The notes beneath the pieces were generated by a model. That model was not told the DNA's origin. It did not search any database and was given only the letters and a program-made list of their open reading frames with translations. A DNA stretch of 63,951 bases, counting the filler, from an uncultured bacterium (GTDB lineage Bacteria > Latescibacterota > UBA2968), in the NCBI GenBank assembly GCA_964471275.1. It is 4 parts of 4 records of this genome, joined end to end, with 100 filler letters (N's around TTAATTAATTAA, not from the genome) between each part and the next. Parts side by side here need not be neighbours in the genome. Positions count along the whole stretch, not along the records: positions 17,696 to 35,174 come from CAYYGZ010000080.1; 3 more parts are not named here. One strand, written 5' to 3'. The translations under genes were made by a program, and so were the position numbers. This document shows positions 19,990 to 29,382 of the stretch, in pieces (position 1 is the first letter of the stretch; each line of letters starts with the position of its first letter).

Positions 19990-21009
19990 ATGGCAGAGGC
20001 CGGAAGCCACGGCAATCAGGTTCTCGTCGAGATCCAGCCCATCCACGGCGATGAGCCGCGTCTGACGTTCGCGGAACGCGTCGCGCAGGATGGTCTGGAA
20101 CTCTCGCGAATCTCGCTCGAGATCCTGCAGGTCAATGTCGGCAAGCTCTGTAACCAGGCGTGTCATCACTGCCACGTCGACGCAAGTCCGACTCGATCAG
20201 AGATCATAACACGGGACACCATAGACCATGTTCTGGGGTTCCTGGAGACGTCGAACATCCAGACCGTCGACATCACCGGTGGTGCGCCTGAATTGATCCC
20301 CGACTATCGCTACCTTGTTACCCGGCTGCGGGCAATGGGGAGACATGTGATCAACCGATGTAACCTGACGGTGATCTTCGAGCCAGGGCAAGAGGATCTC
20401 GTCGATTTCTATGTCGAGCACGAAATCGAACTTATTTGCTCGCTACCGTGCTACCAGGAGGAAAACGTTGATTCGCAGCGCGGTCGAGGTGTGTTCGACA
20501 AGAGTATCGGGGCGCTCCGGATCCTGAATGACCGTGGCTATGGGAGACCGGGTTCGCATCTGTCACTCCACCTGGTCTACAACCCGGTGGCGGCGTCACT
20601 TCCGCCTCCTCAAGAGGAGTTGGCCGCGGATTACCGGGAGCAGCTGCTCTCGAATTTCGGTATCGTCTTCAACGAACTCTACACGATAACAAACATGCCG
20701 ATCAACCGGTTCGCGGAGTGGCTGGATCGTCGGGGTGAATTGGATGATTATACATTGAAGCTGTACGAGAGCTTCAACGCCGCGACAGTGCCGCGTCTGA
20801 TGTGTCGCATACAGGTCAGCGTCGACTGGCAAGGGAATATCTACGACTGTGATTTTAACCAGATGCTCGACATGCACGTCACCGGCGAACCGACCAGAAT
20901 CTGGGAATATGCGCCCGGGGAGCTTGTCGATCGCAGGATTCGTGTGGGTGACCATTGCTTTGGATGCACGGCAGGAGCCGGAAGCAGCTGTGGAGGTGAA
21001 CTCCTCTAG
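19990..21009 (+). CDS. arsS: ArsS-like radical SAM / Cys-rich protein (DUF3641 family)
   Basis: LQVNVGKLCNQACHHCHVDASP, DITGGAPE, NLTV, SLPCY, LVYNP, NMPI.RF, YDCDFNQM, HCFGCTAGAGSSCGG end. Confidence 0.85.
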   Translation: MAEAGSHGNQVLVEIQPIHGDEPRLTFAERVAQDGLELSRISLEILQVNVGKLCNQACHHCHVDASPTRSEIITRDTIDHVLGFLETSNIQTVDITGGAPELIPDYRYLVTRLRAMGRHVINRCNLTVIFEPGQEDLVDFYVEHEIELICSLPCYQEENVDSQRGRGVFDKSIGALRILNDRGYGRPGSHLSLHLVYNPVAASLPPPQEELAADYREQLLSNFGIVFNELYTITNMPINRFAEWLDRRGELDDYTLKLYESFNAATVPRLMCRIQVSVDWQGNIYDCDFNQMLDMHVTGEPTRIWEYAPGELVDRRIRVGDHCFGCTAGAGSSCGGELL

Positions 21010-21067
21010 ATAATGAGCATAAACAGAGAAGGGCGCCCTTTCTTTTAATGCGAGTACAACGAACTCC

Positions 21068-21430
21068 CTAAGCAAGTGCGGTCTGTTCGAGCGTCTCCCG
21101 AATAGCGGTCGCCATGGCTCGGAGGTTGGACGGCTTTGGCAACCAGCTGGCTGCATAGGGATGTCTGAGTTCCGCTGTCAGGTAAGCAATCTGATCGTAT
21201 CCCGTGGTGAGGATGACGGGTGTGCTGCTCTGTAATCTAGCCAGCTCGTCGACGAACTACAGACCGCTCATTCGCGGCATCACCAGGTCCGTTACCCCCC
21301 GATCGACTTCCGGCCCCAGCTCTCCGTATCAGCGAATACCTTCCTCACCGTTCGATGCGGTATGGACGGTATAACCAAGATTCGCGAGAAGCTGCTCATT
21401 GGTATCCCTGACGTTCCCGTCGTCTTCTAC
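21068..21430 (-). pseudogene. Response-regulator receiver domain remnant
   Basis: Minus-strand translation VEDD..VR....LLANLGYTVHTASNGEEGIR*...TDLVMPRMSGL*...PVILTTGY...LPKP, with two in-frame stops. Confidence 0.8.
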
Positions 21431-21595
21431 ACGGGAGATGAACCTTTCTTCGATGACGGGAAGGGGCACTTTGTGATGCCGGACGTTCCACTGGCAGCCT
21501 GCGACAAGACCGGGGGACTCTTTCGCGAGATGAACCATCCGTATCTTTTTGTAACAGGATCGAATTCTTACTACGGTGGTGGAGGCTACTGCTGA
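21420..21595 (+). pseudogene. 3' remnant of an ArsM-like arsenite methyltransferase (long form)
   Basis: FYTGDEPFFDDGKGH...PLAACDKT...LFVTGSNSYYGGGGYC resembles, from memory, the C-terminus of ArsS-associated methyltransferases (..DDGKGH..PLAVCDKT..YDGGGCC). No catalytic domain is present upstream. Confidence 0.6.
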
Positions 21596-21597
21596 GC

Positions 21598-23679
21598 GTG
21601 TTACTCCGCATGCTACATCTGCCGGGGCGGCCTTGGTGCCGCCCCCTTTTTTTCATTCTCATGTTGCTGGCGAGCCACGCAGTGGCTGGGCAGCCCGACC
21701 CCCTGGTCCGAGAGGTCACTGTATCGAGACCGCCTGCTTCGGAGGCGGAGATTCAGCCTATTTTCTCCTCGAACCTGTCTGTCGATACACTCTCACCTGT
21801 CGGGAAGGGCCTGCTCAGATTCTACGGGTGTGTAACCTGCCACGAGTTGCCATTGCCGCCCTACCGGGGCCGCTGGGGGCCGGACTTGGATACAGTCGGC
21901 TCAAAGACAACTGCCGAGTGGCTCAATCTCTTTCTCCTCGACCCAGAGCAGGCGAAGAGAGACTCGCAGATGCCCCGGGTGGTGATGTCGGAATCCGTGC
22001 GGTCGACGATCGTCGGGATGCTCTCGTCCTTGCAGGCCGGGCCTCAGGACCTGCCATCACCCGGTATGTCCGACGGCGCGGAACTCTACAGACGTGGTGA
22101 CTGCAGGTCCTGTCACCAACTAGGCGGCATTGGCGGCGATCGCGGTCCGGATCTGGATGGAATAGCAGGACGAATTCGAAAGCCATGGCTGTTCGCATAT
22201 CTGATGGATCCGACAGAAATGGTATCGAATTCACGGATGCCGCTATTCCCGTGGGAAGAGGAGGAGGCAGCTTCGCTCACTGCCTATTTATTGGGAGACC
22301 AGCCGCTGAGCGCCTCGTCGACTCAGGTCGATCGACTGGACGTGCTTCGGGGCATCAGCGAGGCAGCGAAACTGGGGTGTTTTCAGTGTCATCGCATCGC
22401 CAGATTCTCCCGAACCCTTAATCTGCCCGCCGCGAACCAGGCACCCGCCTTTGTCCGCTATCACGGGCGAAATCCCGAGATCCGTTTCGCGATCCCTGAA
22501 GATCAGGCTGATGCGATGGTCAGCGCGTTGGAGAATCCGCCAGCCACCACCGTGACCGATAGCCTTTTCCTAGAGGCATTCTGGGAGATGCCAATTCCGA
22601 TGCAAGGCACGCCGCCGGCCGCGCACGACAGTCTCGCGACGGGAATACACCCCCACGACTGTGCTGCCTGCCACGAAAGACAGCATCGTGAATGGCGGGA
22701 GAGCCTGCACGCAACCGCAATGGGACCGGGTGTTACCAGTCAACTGATTGATAGGATCTACCAGGACCCGGGGTTTGTGAGCGGCTGCCAGGAATGTCAC
22801 GCCCCGAATGCCGAGCAGTGGGGCTCACTGCCCGAGCGTGACGGATACGAGGTGAACAACCAGTTTGATTCTGAGCTGCGAGATAAAGGGGTAACGTGTC
22901 TGGCCTGTCACGTTCGGTCACATGCTCGTTTTGGACCACCGGCGTCTGGTCGGCCACCGGTCAGCGTCTGGCGGGGGGCCGGGCACGGGGGAGCAAACGA
23001 ATCGACCGTGTATGGGCGTTCTGATTTCTGCAGTGTCTGCCATCAGTTTGAGGAAGGAATGAGAAGCCTGAATGGGAAGCTGATTCAGGACACCTTCGCG
23101 GAGTGGGAAGGAAGTCCTCAAGCCAGCCAGGGCCAGACCTGTCAGACTTGTCATATGCCGGACCGATCACACACGTGGCTCGGCGTTCACGATTCGGCCA
23201 CCGTTGCAGGCGCGCTGGAAGTTTCGACGACGATGGACACAGCAAACGGGGGCAGTCGGTCCGCGAAGATTGAGGTCCGGAATATAGGCGCGGGTCACCA
23301 TCTACCGACGTATGTGACACCCAAGATCTTTGTCAGGGCAGCTTTGATCGATAAGGCAGGAAGAACCGTGGGAGAATCGCTGCAAACAAGGGTGATCGGC
23401 AGAGAGATTGTGCTGAACAGCCAGGCGAGTCGAGAGGTATACGACACACGGATACCCGCCGGTGGCACGTGGTCCTGGCGGTATACGGCGGAAGCTTCGA
23501 CCGGCGCAGAGGGGCTTGCTGTCTGGCTGCACGTCTATCCTGATCACTTCTACGCAAGATTTTTTGAGCAATTCAGTCGGGACGGTCTCTCAGCCGAAGC
23601 ACAATCAGCAATCGATACGGCGGAGAGGAATGCGCAGAGATCGGACTACCTCATTTTCCAGAAGATCTTCTCCTTCTAG
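21598..23679 (+). CDS. Exported octaheme c-type cytochrome
   Basis: Signal peptide and eight CxxCH motifs (CVTCH, CRSCH, CFQCH, CAACH, CQECH, CLACH, CSVCH, CQTCH). N-terminal GPDL..MP class-I-like domains and a C-terminal c554-like region followed by GAGHHLPT. Confidence 0.88.
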   Translation: MLLRMLHLPGRPWCRPLFFILMLLASHAVAGQPDPLVREVTVSRPPASEAEIQPIFSSNLSVDTLSPVGKGLLRFYGCVTCHELPLPPYRGRWGPDLDTVGSKTTAEWLNLFLLDPEQAKRDSQMPRVVMSESVRSTIVGMLSSLQAGPQDLPSPGMSDGAELYRRGDCRSCHQLGGIGGDRGPDLDGIAGRIRKPWLFAYLMDPTEMVSNSRMPLFPWEEEEAASLTAYLLGDQPLSASSTQVDRLDVLRGISEAAKLGCFQCHRIARFSRTLNLPAANQAPAFVRYHGRNPEIRFAIPEDQADAMVSALENPPATTVTDSLFLEAFWEMPIPMQGTPPAAHDSLATGIHPHDCAACHERQHREWRESLHATAMGPGVTSQLIDRIYQDPGFVSGCQECHAPNAEQWGSLPERDGYEVNNQFDSELRDKGVTCLACHVRSHARFGPPASGRPPVSVWRGAGHGGANESTVYGRSDFCSVCHQFEEGMRSLNGKLIQDTFAEWEGSPQASQGQTCQTCHMPDRSHTWLGVHDSATVAGALEVSTTMDTANGGSRSAKIEVRNIGAGHHLPTYVTPKIFVRAALIDKAGRTVGESLQTRVIGREIVLNSQASREVYDTRIPAGGTWSWRYTAEASTGAEGLAVWLHVYPDHFYARFFEQFSRDGLSAEAQSAIDTAERNAQRSDYLIFQKIFSF

Positions 23680-24089
23680 CTCCCTTCAAGATGCCGTGCG
23701 ACCCAGGAGCGAACCCCATCCCGGACACGTCGGAACACAGCCATTCGTTCTTCTTCATTTCCCCCTGCGTCGGTGGGATCATCGAATCCCCAGTGGCAGA
23801 ATGTGTCGCTCCCGGGAAGTGCTGGCAGCTTTCCTTTGCGTGATCGCAAACGGTCCCCAACCAGATCGAAGTGCTCATCCACGTATCTAGCGACGCTGTC
23901 AGAGCTTTACCCGCTTATGTCGATGCCAGCATCCTGCATGGTCGCGGCGGCGATCGGGTCGATGCAGGTCGGAGCTGTGCCGGCACTGAACACCGTGAAC
24001 TCAGGGCCGCGCAGCGCTCGTAACCATATCTCCGCCATTTGACTCCGGCACAAGTTTCCCGTGCACAGAAAGAGTACGCGTCGGGTCAC
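23676..24089 (-). pseudogene. arsC: Thioredoxin-coupled arsenate reductase ArsC (LMW-PTPase fold), split by an in-frame TAA
   Basis: VLFLCTGNLCRSQMAE, SAGT, GIDISG*SS..., TVCDHAKESC..FP, HWGFDDP, FRRVRD. The two ORFs are in frame, with TAA at 23907-23909. Confidence 0.85.
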
Positions 24090-26416
24090 GGCTGATACCT
24101 CCAGGTTGGCCGCAGATCAATTTCTGAAGGAAGCAGACAACGCCGTTCATCGCAGGCCTGCACGCGCAGGGCGAACACATTCCGGACGGCTCTTCCTCCT
24201 GGGATCGTGGCGTGAACTGTGATCTCCGTCGATCCCTGGTACACATCCACGGGTGGATCCGAAAAGGCGGCGACTAGCGGACTCGCATCCGGGTATCTAA
24301 CGTTAAGGATCCGGGTGTCATCTGTTACCGGTATGACATTCGTCGCGATGAGCAGACTGTCTGAAGCGGGGTTCGCATTTATATGCCAACCCTCCTGGAT
24401 ATCCAGAAGGACACGTAACCTATACGCCCCCGCCTCCTCACCTTCCTCGATCGTCGATCGCGCACGGACAACGTTGGCGGACTTCCGGTCGCCTGTGTCG
24501 TCGCGTGTCTCCGGGAAACGGTGGATGCCCAGGATCAACCTGTGGTGTGCGGCCGGATTCTCGGCTGCTTGCCCAGAGAATCGCTTCAGGATCCGTTCGG
24601 CCTTTCTAAGATACTCGGAATCACCCGTTCTCTCGTGTAGATCGAGCAGGCTGTGCACGGCCTCCGCATTCCCGGAGGGGATCGCAGAGTCGTGTATACT
24701 TCTCTGCCGAACGATCAGTTCATTGCTGTCCGGGGCGAAGTAGTAGGATCCGTCCACAGCGTCCCAGTAGAGCCTGTCCATCACGCCCTGCAAGCGGATC
24801 GCCTCGCGCAGATATTGCAGTTCTCCCGTAGCATCGTGGAGTTTGAGCATCCCCCGCAGCACAAATGCATAGTCCTCCTGGTAGGCATCACCCTTTGCCG
24901 TCCCGCCCCGGTAGGTTCGGAAGAGCTCGCCGTCGGGATTGCTCTGACGAGTTCGCAGATGGGACCAGGCCTGCACCGCACGCTCCAGATAGGCCGTATC
25001 TCCGATCACCCGGTAGGCCTCCGCATAAGCAGCGATCATCAAACCGTTCCACCCTGAGATCACCTTGTCATCGAGACGCGGTCGCTCCCGGTTCGCGCGA
25101 GTCTTCAGCAGGTGCGTGAGTACCTTGCTTGAGTCGGGTTCGTGTGGCTCACGCCGGTAGATGACTGCCCCCAGTTCTTTTTCGGGCATGGGTTCCAGAC
25201 CGTATCGATCGTGGAATGCGCTCGCCTTCCCTGCCAGGGCTTGACGAAGACTGTCTGCCTGCCAGAGATAGTAGAGACCCTCCACCGCATTTGTCTCCGC
25301 GTCAAGCGCCGTGTAGAAGCCACCGTGGTCTCCCGTCATTTCTGTGGAGACAAAGCGAAGCACATCCTGAACGATCCTGAGATATGCTTCTTTCCCGGTC
25401 ACTTCGAAGGCGCGTAGATACACTGGAACAAGCAATGCCTGGTTGTACAGCATCTTCTCGAAGTGCGGGATCCGCCATCGGCCATCGATTGCGTATCGAT
25501 GGAACCCTCCCCCGATATGATCATAGATTCCTCCCGCGGCCATCTTGTCCAGCGTGATGACCACGGCGTCTAGGTCAGCTGTGTTTCCGGCCGCCTGATA
25601 GGTGGCCAGGAGAAGGTCAAGCGCGCTATCCGGCGGGAACTTGGGAGCGGCGGAAAACCCGCCCTCCACCGGGTCATACCTGTCGTGCAGAGCCTGTCGT
25701 GCTTCCCGGATCAGACTGGTGTCGATGGACTCGGCCGTGTTGCCTGAGCCCTCCTGAATCCGGCGCATCGTCTCCGTGATCCGTGAGGCCTGCGTCTCGA
25801 CATCCTGCCGTCGGGTCGTCCAGGCTTCATGGATTGATTCGAGTAATCTCGGGAACCCGGGTCGACCGTACTCATCCTCGGGCGGGAAGTATGTACCAGC
25901 AAAAAACGGATTCAGATCCGGCGTCATGAAGACAGAGTTCGGCCACCCGCCTTGTTGTGTGATCAACTGTGTCGCAGTCATATAGATGGCATCTACGTCT
26001 GGACGCTCCTCCCGATCTACCTTGATGTTCACAAACCAGGTATTCATCAGCTTGGCGATCTCCGGGTTGGTAAATACCTCGCGTTCCATCACGTGACACC
26101 AGTAGCATGATGAGTATCCAACAGAAAGGAAGATCGGCCGATTTGTGTCCCTGGCGAGTTGGATCGCCGTTGGTCCCCAGGGGTGCCAGTTGACGGGGTT
26201 GTGCGCGTGCTGAAGGAGGTAGGGGCTGGTTTCGCCGGAAAGGGCGTTCTTGGGGTGAGGGTGTGGATCCTGAGATGCGTCATCGGCTATGGGGAGTTTG
26301 GACTCGCCGCAGCCGGGCAGTGCGATGCAAAGCACACAGAATGTGAGGGCCCGAACAGCGGCACAAGGACGAGTTGGCATCAGCATAATGACCAGGGGGG
26401 ACGGACAAGTGTCCAT
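24086..26416 (-). CDS. Exported (lipoprotein) YyaL/DUF255 thioredoxin-domain protein with C-terminal DsbD-N/DsbC-like domain
   Basis: Lipobox [37 protein letters not shown]-terminal GWHINANP...QACDERRCLLP. The exact start codon is uncertain. Confidence 0.88.
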   Translation of the reverse strand: MDTCPSPLVIMLMPTRPCAAVRALTFCVLCIALPGCGESKLPIADDASQDPHPHPKNALSGETSPYLLQHAHNPVNWHPWGPTAIQLARDTNRPIFLSVGYSSCYWCHVMEREVFTNPEIAKLMNTWFVNIKVDREERPDVDAIYMTATQLITQQGGWPNSVFMTPDLNPFFAGTYFPPEDEYGRPGFPRLLESIHEAWTTRRQDVETQASRITETMRRIQEGSGNTAESIDTSLIREARQALHDRYDPVEGGFSAAPKFPPDSALDLLLATYQAAGNTADLDAVVITLDKMAAGGIYDHIGGGFHRYAIDGRWRIPHFEKMLYNQALLVPVYLRAFEVTGKEAYLRIVQDVLRFVSTEMTGDHGGFYTALDAETNAVEGLYYLWQADSLRQALAGKASAFHDRYGLEPMPEKELGAVIYRREPHEPDSSKVLTHLLKTRANRERPRLDDKVISGWNGLMIAAYAEAYRVIGDTAYLERAVQAWSHLRTRQSNPDGELFRTYRGGTAKGDAYQEDYAFVLRGMLKLHDATGELQYLREAIRLQGVMDRLYWDAVDGSYYFAPDSNELIVRQRSIHDSAIPSGNAEAVHSLLDLHERTGDSEYLRKAERILKRFSGQAAENPAAHHRLILGIHRFPETRDDTGDRKSANVVRARSTIEEGEEAGAYRLRVLLDIQEGWHINANPASDSLLIATNVIPVTDDTRILNVRYPDASPLVAAFSDPPVDVYQGSTEITVHATIPGGRAVRNVFALRVQACDERRCLLPSEIDLRPTWRYQP

Positions 26417-26447
26417 CCCCCCGGATTTACCTTCTTTGTGCAGTTGG

Positions 26448-26818
26448 CTACACGCCTAGATAGGTTTTGGTCACACGCTGAATCTCCTCAGCCATCCGGT
26501 CCTTCTTGAATGGCTTGGCGATCACCCCTGTGTGCCGAGTACGGCGACTTCCTTCGCTGCTTCCTGTGATATGCGTGCTGACACGACGATCACGGGGATC
26601 GACAGATGGCGTCAACGCAGGATTCTCAGGAGATCGAACTCACTCACAGCCGGCATCTTGAGGTCCTGGAGATAGAGTCCCGCATCGCCCCGTTCAATAA
26701 TCAATCGCGAGGGTATCCTTGGTCTTGTCGGTCGACTGAACGCCGTAACCCAATTTGTCGAGGACTTCCCAGAGCATCGACCGAAGTTCCTCGTTGTCGT
26801 CGACGATCAGATGTTCAT
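26448..26818 (-). pseudogene. Response-regulator receiver domain remnant (frameshifted)
   Basis: Fragments MNI/LIVDDNEELR...LGYGV / DLKMP / IPVIVVSA / AKPF spread over shifted frames, with a stop. Confidence 0.7.
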
Positions 26819-26845
26819 GGCTGTGTTCGGGTCGCCCACGCGTGC

Positions 26846-28071
26846 CTACTCTCTGAATGCGGCCTGAATCTTGTGGATTGCGGTGATAATGTCATCCAAG
26901 TCGTCCCGTGTGCCCAGAAGCATGGACTGGAAGAACCAGAAGCTGTGAGCACAGGTATGCTCTATGTTCGGGCAAGGATTCCTGCGCACCTTCTCCGGAT
27001 ACCGGTCCATGATGGTCTTGAGCGCCCCTTCGTCTGTGAGTGGGCGTTCGTATCCCGGCGTGCAGGTGATTCCTTCTGACTTGAGTGCGGCAACAAACTC
27101 GTCTCGCGACTTGCCGCCAAAAGCGGGGGCGTCATACAGACACATATAGAGATGGTAGCCGTGTTTTGTCACCCAGGGCCGTAATTTCGGCGGGGTGATC
27201 CCCTCGATCTCCGAGAGCGCACTTGTCAGGTNNNNNNNNNNTTCCTCAGTTTGGTCTGATCCTCAAGGTGCGGGAGTCGCTTGAGGAGGATCGCAGCGAG
27301 ATACTCTGATGTACGATAATTCCAACCAAGCCTTGGGTATTCCCAACGCTCACCACCGGGTCGTCGGCCCACATCTTTGAACGCGTGCGCACGATCACGA
27401 ATGTCGATGTCGTTCGTGACCAGACACCCCCCCTCGCCTGAGGTGAGGTTCTTACTTGACTGAAAACTGAATGCGCCGACGTGTCCGAGGGACCCGACTT
27501 TCTTACCGTTGACCTCAGCTCCGTGCGCCTGCGCGCAGTCCTCGACGACGACGAGCCCGTGCTTCTCGGCGATCGCATTGATCGCGTCCATGTCTGCCGG
27601 ATGTCCGCCAAGATGCACGGGCAGGATACCGACGGTTTTTTCGGTTATTGCAGCTTCGATCGCCTCAGGGGAGATCGTGAAGCTTACCGGGTCAACATCG
27701 ACAAGCGAAAGGGAGCAGCGGATGGACAGCGACGCGCTGGCTGTCGCGATAAAGGTGTAATTCGGTATGATCATCTCGCCGCCATCACCGATCCCGTCGA
27801 GATCGAGTGCTCCGGCGATCGCTGCTGAGATTGCGTCTGTTCCGTGCGGCATGATGATGCCGTAGCGACCGTCACAGTACGCAGCGAACGACGACCCGAA
27901 GTTCTCACACTGTGTGGCCGGCAGGCCCTCCGAACGGCTCAGGTAGACATCGCGTAGCGAGGGCTCAATGTCACGTTCCCAATCGCCCTCCTGATTGTCC
28001 GGCCAGTTAGGCCAGGGATTCTTGTCTGTGTCCCGAACGGGAGACCCACCATCAACGGCTAGCTTGTCCAT
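26846..28071 (-). CDS. DegT/DnrJ/EryC1/StrS PLP aminotransferase, interrupted by a 10-N gap
   Basis: LAVDGG.P, YTFIATA, PVHLGG.PADMD, EDCAQAHGA, SFQSSKNLTSGEGG, GWNYR. Gap at 27232-27241. Confidence 0.9.
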
Positions 28072-28314
28072 ATCTGTAGTTGAGCCCATGATTGTCCAAA
28101 ATGGGGTAAGATGTGCCAGAATTCTGGTTGACGGTTGTAGAGTAAGCATCGTCACGAGGTCAGTCAAGACTGGTGGGAGAGCAAGCTTGAAGGGTTCTGG
28201 TGGATTTTTCTGGCAGCGATCTTGCACTGGTTCGTAGATATTCGATGACCAGAACAGATCCAGGAAACCTAAGGTGTGTTTTTATAGTAAGTTAGATGGT
28301 ATATCCATTACCCG

Positions 28315-29382
28315 ATGGCCCCTCTGGGAGCAGCAGATCAAAGGTTCATCCGGAGCATTTTTCCCGTGATTGATCCCCTGCGCTACTCGGGGTCACCCCG
28401 GGAGGTCGGTTCTGCACTGGCAAAGGCACTCGGTCGCCTTCCAATGCCCGCTGTTCAATCAACCGATATCGGGTTCGCCAGGGCGTGTCGGGATGCGGCG
28501 ATCGAACTCAACCCCGTACTGAGCAGCCTTTATGAAGGTTTTCTTGCCGGCGGCGGATGGGATCCGGATCAATTCCTGGCGTATTTCTTTGCTCGAAGAC
28601 AGGGAATGCTCAGAGGATGTACGAATTTTGCGGCTACGGGGGAGGTTACGAGCGATGGCGATACCCTCGTGGGCAGGAACTATGACTGGGCATATTCAGA
28701 TCTGCCATACTGTGAAGCAAGAGCCATTGACATCCAGGATGCACTCTCGTTTGTGTCCTACACGCACCACTGGATCGGACATCCTGACTGCCTGAACGAG
28801 GCCGGATTGTTTGTGGCGATATCATCGCTCCCGGCTGCAGAGGCGAGTCATCCGGGCATCCAGTGGAACCTGTTGGTCGACGCAATTGCTATGAGTTGCC
28901 GGTCAGTGGAAGAAGCGGTGGTGCTGCTTGAGAAGGCAAATCACCTGCGATCGATCACATACCTACTTGCAGACGATTCAGACGCAGCTGCAGTTGAAGC
29001 AACCTGCGATCGCGTTACGGTAAGACCTGCGGTTGGTGGGATCGCGATCGCCACCAACCACGCCGTCGGTTTCCCGGACGGTTCCGATAGAGCCCGGCAT
29101 TCGATCGCTCGATATGATCGTGCGGAATCCCGGCTTCGGAGTATGTCTCCCAGCATTGACGAATTAGATGTGATCGACCTGCTCCGTGACCCCGTTTGCA
29201 CGATTCGCGACGGGAAGCGTTTTCTGCACGAGCTTGATCACGTCCCCCTCGCCGCACTGGAGGACTGGGGCACGATCTGGTCGACCGTCTGTCGACCTTC
29301 ACAGGCTGAACTGATGATTGCCAGGGGCCATCCAGATGATGCTCCTTACGAACCTGTCAGGTGGCTGACCAATCCTCTTTAG
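28315..29382 (+). CDS. C45 family autoproteolytic acyltransferase/hydrolase (Ntn hydrolase)
   Basis: G-C-T nucleophile site, GRNYDW, LNEAGL, ATNH, S..RY.R. Confidence 0.85.
   Translation: MAPLGAADQRFIRSIFPVIDPLRYSGSPREVGSALAKALGRLPMPAVQSTDIGFARACRDAAIELNPVLSSLYEGFLAGGGWDPDQFLAYFFARRQGMLRGCTNFAATGEVTSDGDTLVGRNYDWAYSDLPYCEARAIDIQDALSFVSYTHHWIGHPDCLNEAGLFVAISSLPAAEASHPGIQWNLLVDAIAMSCRSVEEAVVLLEKANHLRSITYLLADDSDAAAVEATCDRVTVRPAVGGIAIATNHAVGFPDGSDRARHSIARYDRAESRLRSMSPSIDELDVIDLLRDPVCTIRDGKRFLHELDHVPLAALEDWGTIWSTVCRPSQAELMIARGHPDDAPYEPVRWLTNPL

Noticed and set aside
20980..21009. Selenocysteine in the ArsS-like C-terminal GSS(C/U)GG motif
   Set aside because: The codon is TGT (Cys) here.
14503..21009. 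Functional link between the GT87 glycosyltransferase and arsS
   Set aside because: They lie on different contigs separated by an artificial linker.
21025..21046. Rho-independent terminator after arsS (AGAGAAGGGCGCCCTTTCTTTT)
   Set aside because: Plausible, but the stem is short and imperfect, so it is not confident enough to call.
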